Below, one piece after another: positions 30,149 to 30,878 of a stretch of DNA of 30,878 nucleotides. The stretch comes from Gemmatales bacterium (GTDB lineage: Bacteria > Planctomycetota > Planctomycetia > Gemmatales > HRBIN36): contig JBEPZY010000012.1 in the NCBI GenBank assembly GCA_041640595.1, forward strand, positions 1-30,878, written 5' to 3'. The position numbers and the translations under genes are program-made. Numbering within the stretch: position 1 is the stretch's first letter; the number at the start of each line of letters is the position of its first letter. The notes beneath the pieces were generated by a model. The model saw only the letters and a list, made by a program, of their open reading frames with translations. It did no database searches and had not been told where the DNA came from.

Positions 30149-30878
30149 ACAAGAGCGGCGGGCGTGAGCCCGCCGTGGTTGGGGAAACGCATTTGCAGGT
30201 ACGCTTCCGCAAAGTCGCCGGAGTCTGGTAACGGCGCGCTCACGAACGCCGGTGCAATCGCGATAGTGAACCCACGGGGGGCTAACGCCCCCCGCTCTTG
30301 GTTGCACGGTGTTCGTTCGCCGAGGAAATGGCGATTTTTGCGATGCACAAACGCACGTTCAACCAGGAGCGGCGTTTGTCAGCCCGCCGTGGTTGGGGAA
30401 ACGCATTTGCCAGTACGCTTCCGCAAAGTCGCGGACGACCGCCATCGGCGCGCTCACGAACGCCGGTGCAGTCGCGGTAGTGAACCCACGGGGGGCTGAC
30501 GCCCCCCGCTCTTCTGTTGGTGTGCGAATACCCGCCGGCGAAAAACGATTTTTGCGATGCACAAACGCACGTTCGACCAGGAGCGGCGGGCGTTAGCCCG
30601 CCGTGGCTCGGTGACCGAACGTCGTGCGGTTAGAATCGCGCAATGTTCGGCGACTGGTGAACACAGAATTAAAAGCGGCGTTCGTCAGCCCGCCGTGGTT
30701 GGGGAAACGCATTTGCAGGTACGCTTCCGCAAAGTCGCCGGAGTCTGGTAACGGCGCGCTCACGAACGCCGGTGCAGTCGCGGTAGTGAACCCACGGGGG
30801 GCTGACGCCCCCCGCTCTTCTGTTGGTGTGCGAATACCCGCCGGCGAAAAACGATTTTTGCGATGCACAAACGCACGT
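30149..30878. repeat. REP/REPIN-like palindrome array 5 (runs off the window end)
   Basis: Same hairpin family. The unit CGCCGTGGTTGGGGAAACGCATTTGC...GTGAACCCACGGGGGGCT is repeated near 30171, 30385 and 30691. Confidence 0.9.

Overview
GC-rich bacterial chromosomal segment. Gene content and repeat style suggest Planctomycetota; this is an inference, not shown directly. Housekeeping genes (7Fe ferredoxin, trpF, acnA, gcvT-gcvH-gcvPA, an ECF sigma/anti-sigma operon) and secreted or envelope genes (ELWxxDGT-repeat surface protein, C45 peptidase, alpha/beta-hydrolase-domain protein, TPR protein, large membrane protein) are separated by five large REP/REPIN-like palindrome arrays. Main points of interest: (1) a gene the ORF track truncates, 11570-12139, with an in-frame TGA in a CxxU motif followed directly by a SECIS-like hairpin, i.e. 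a probable selenoprotein translationally coupled to a His-rich TPR protein; (2) an orphan phage-type module (ParB-like, ABC-ATPase/GNAT fusion with one in-frame TAG, small-terminase-like, large terminase) with no portal, capsid or integrase nearby; (3) recurrent intergenic 'repeat-spacer-repeat' doublets with CRISPR-like geometry (mostly 27-37 bp repeat, 35-45 bp spacer), each with a different repeat; (4) codon-position-biased hypervariable loops in near-identical ELWxxDGT repeats. No rRNA, tRNA, cas gene, reverse transcriptase or transposase was recognised.
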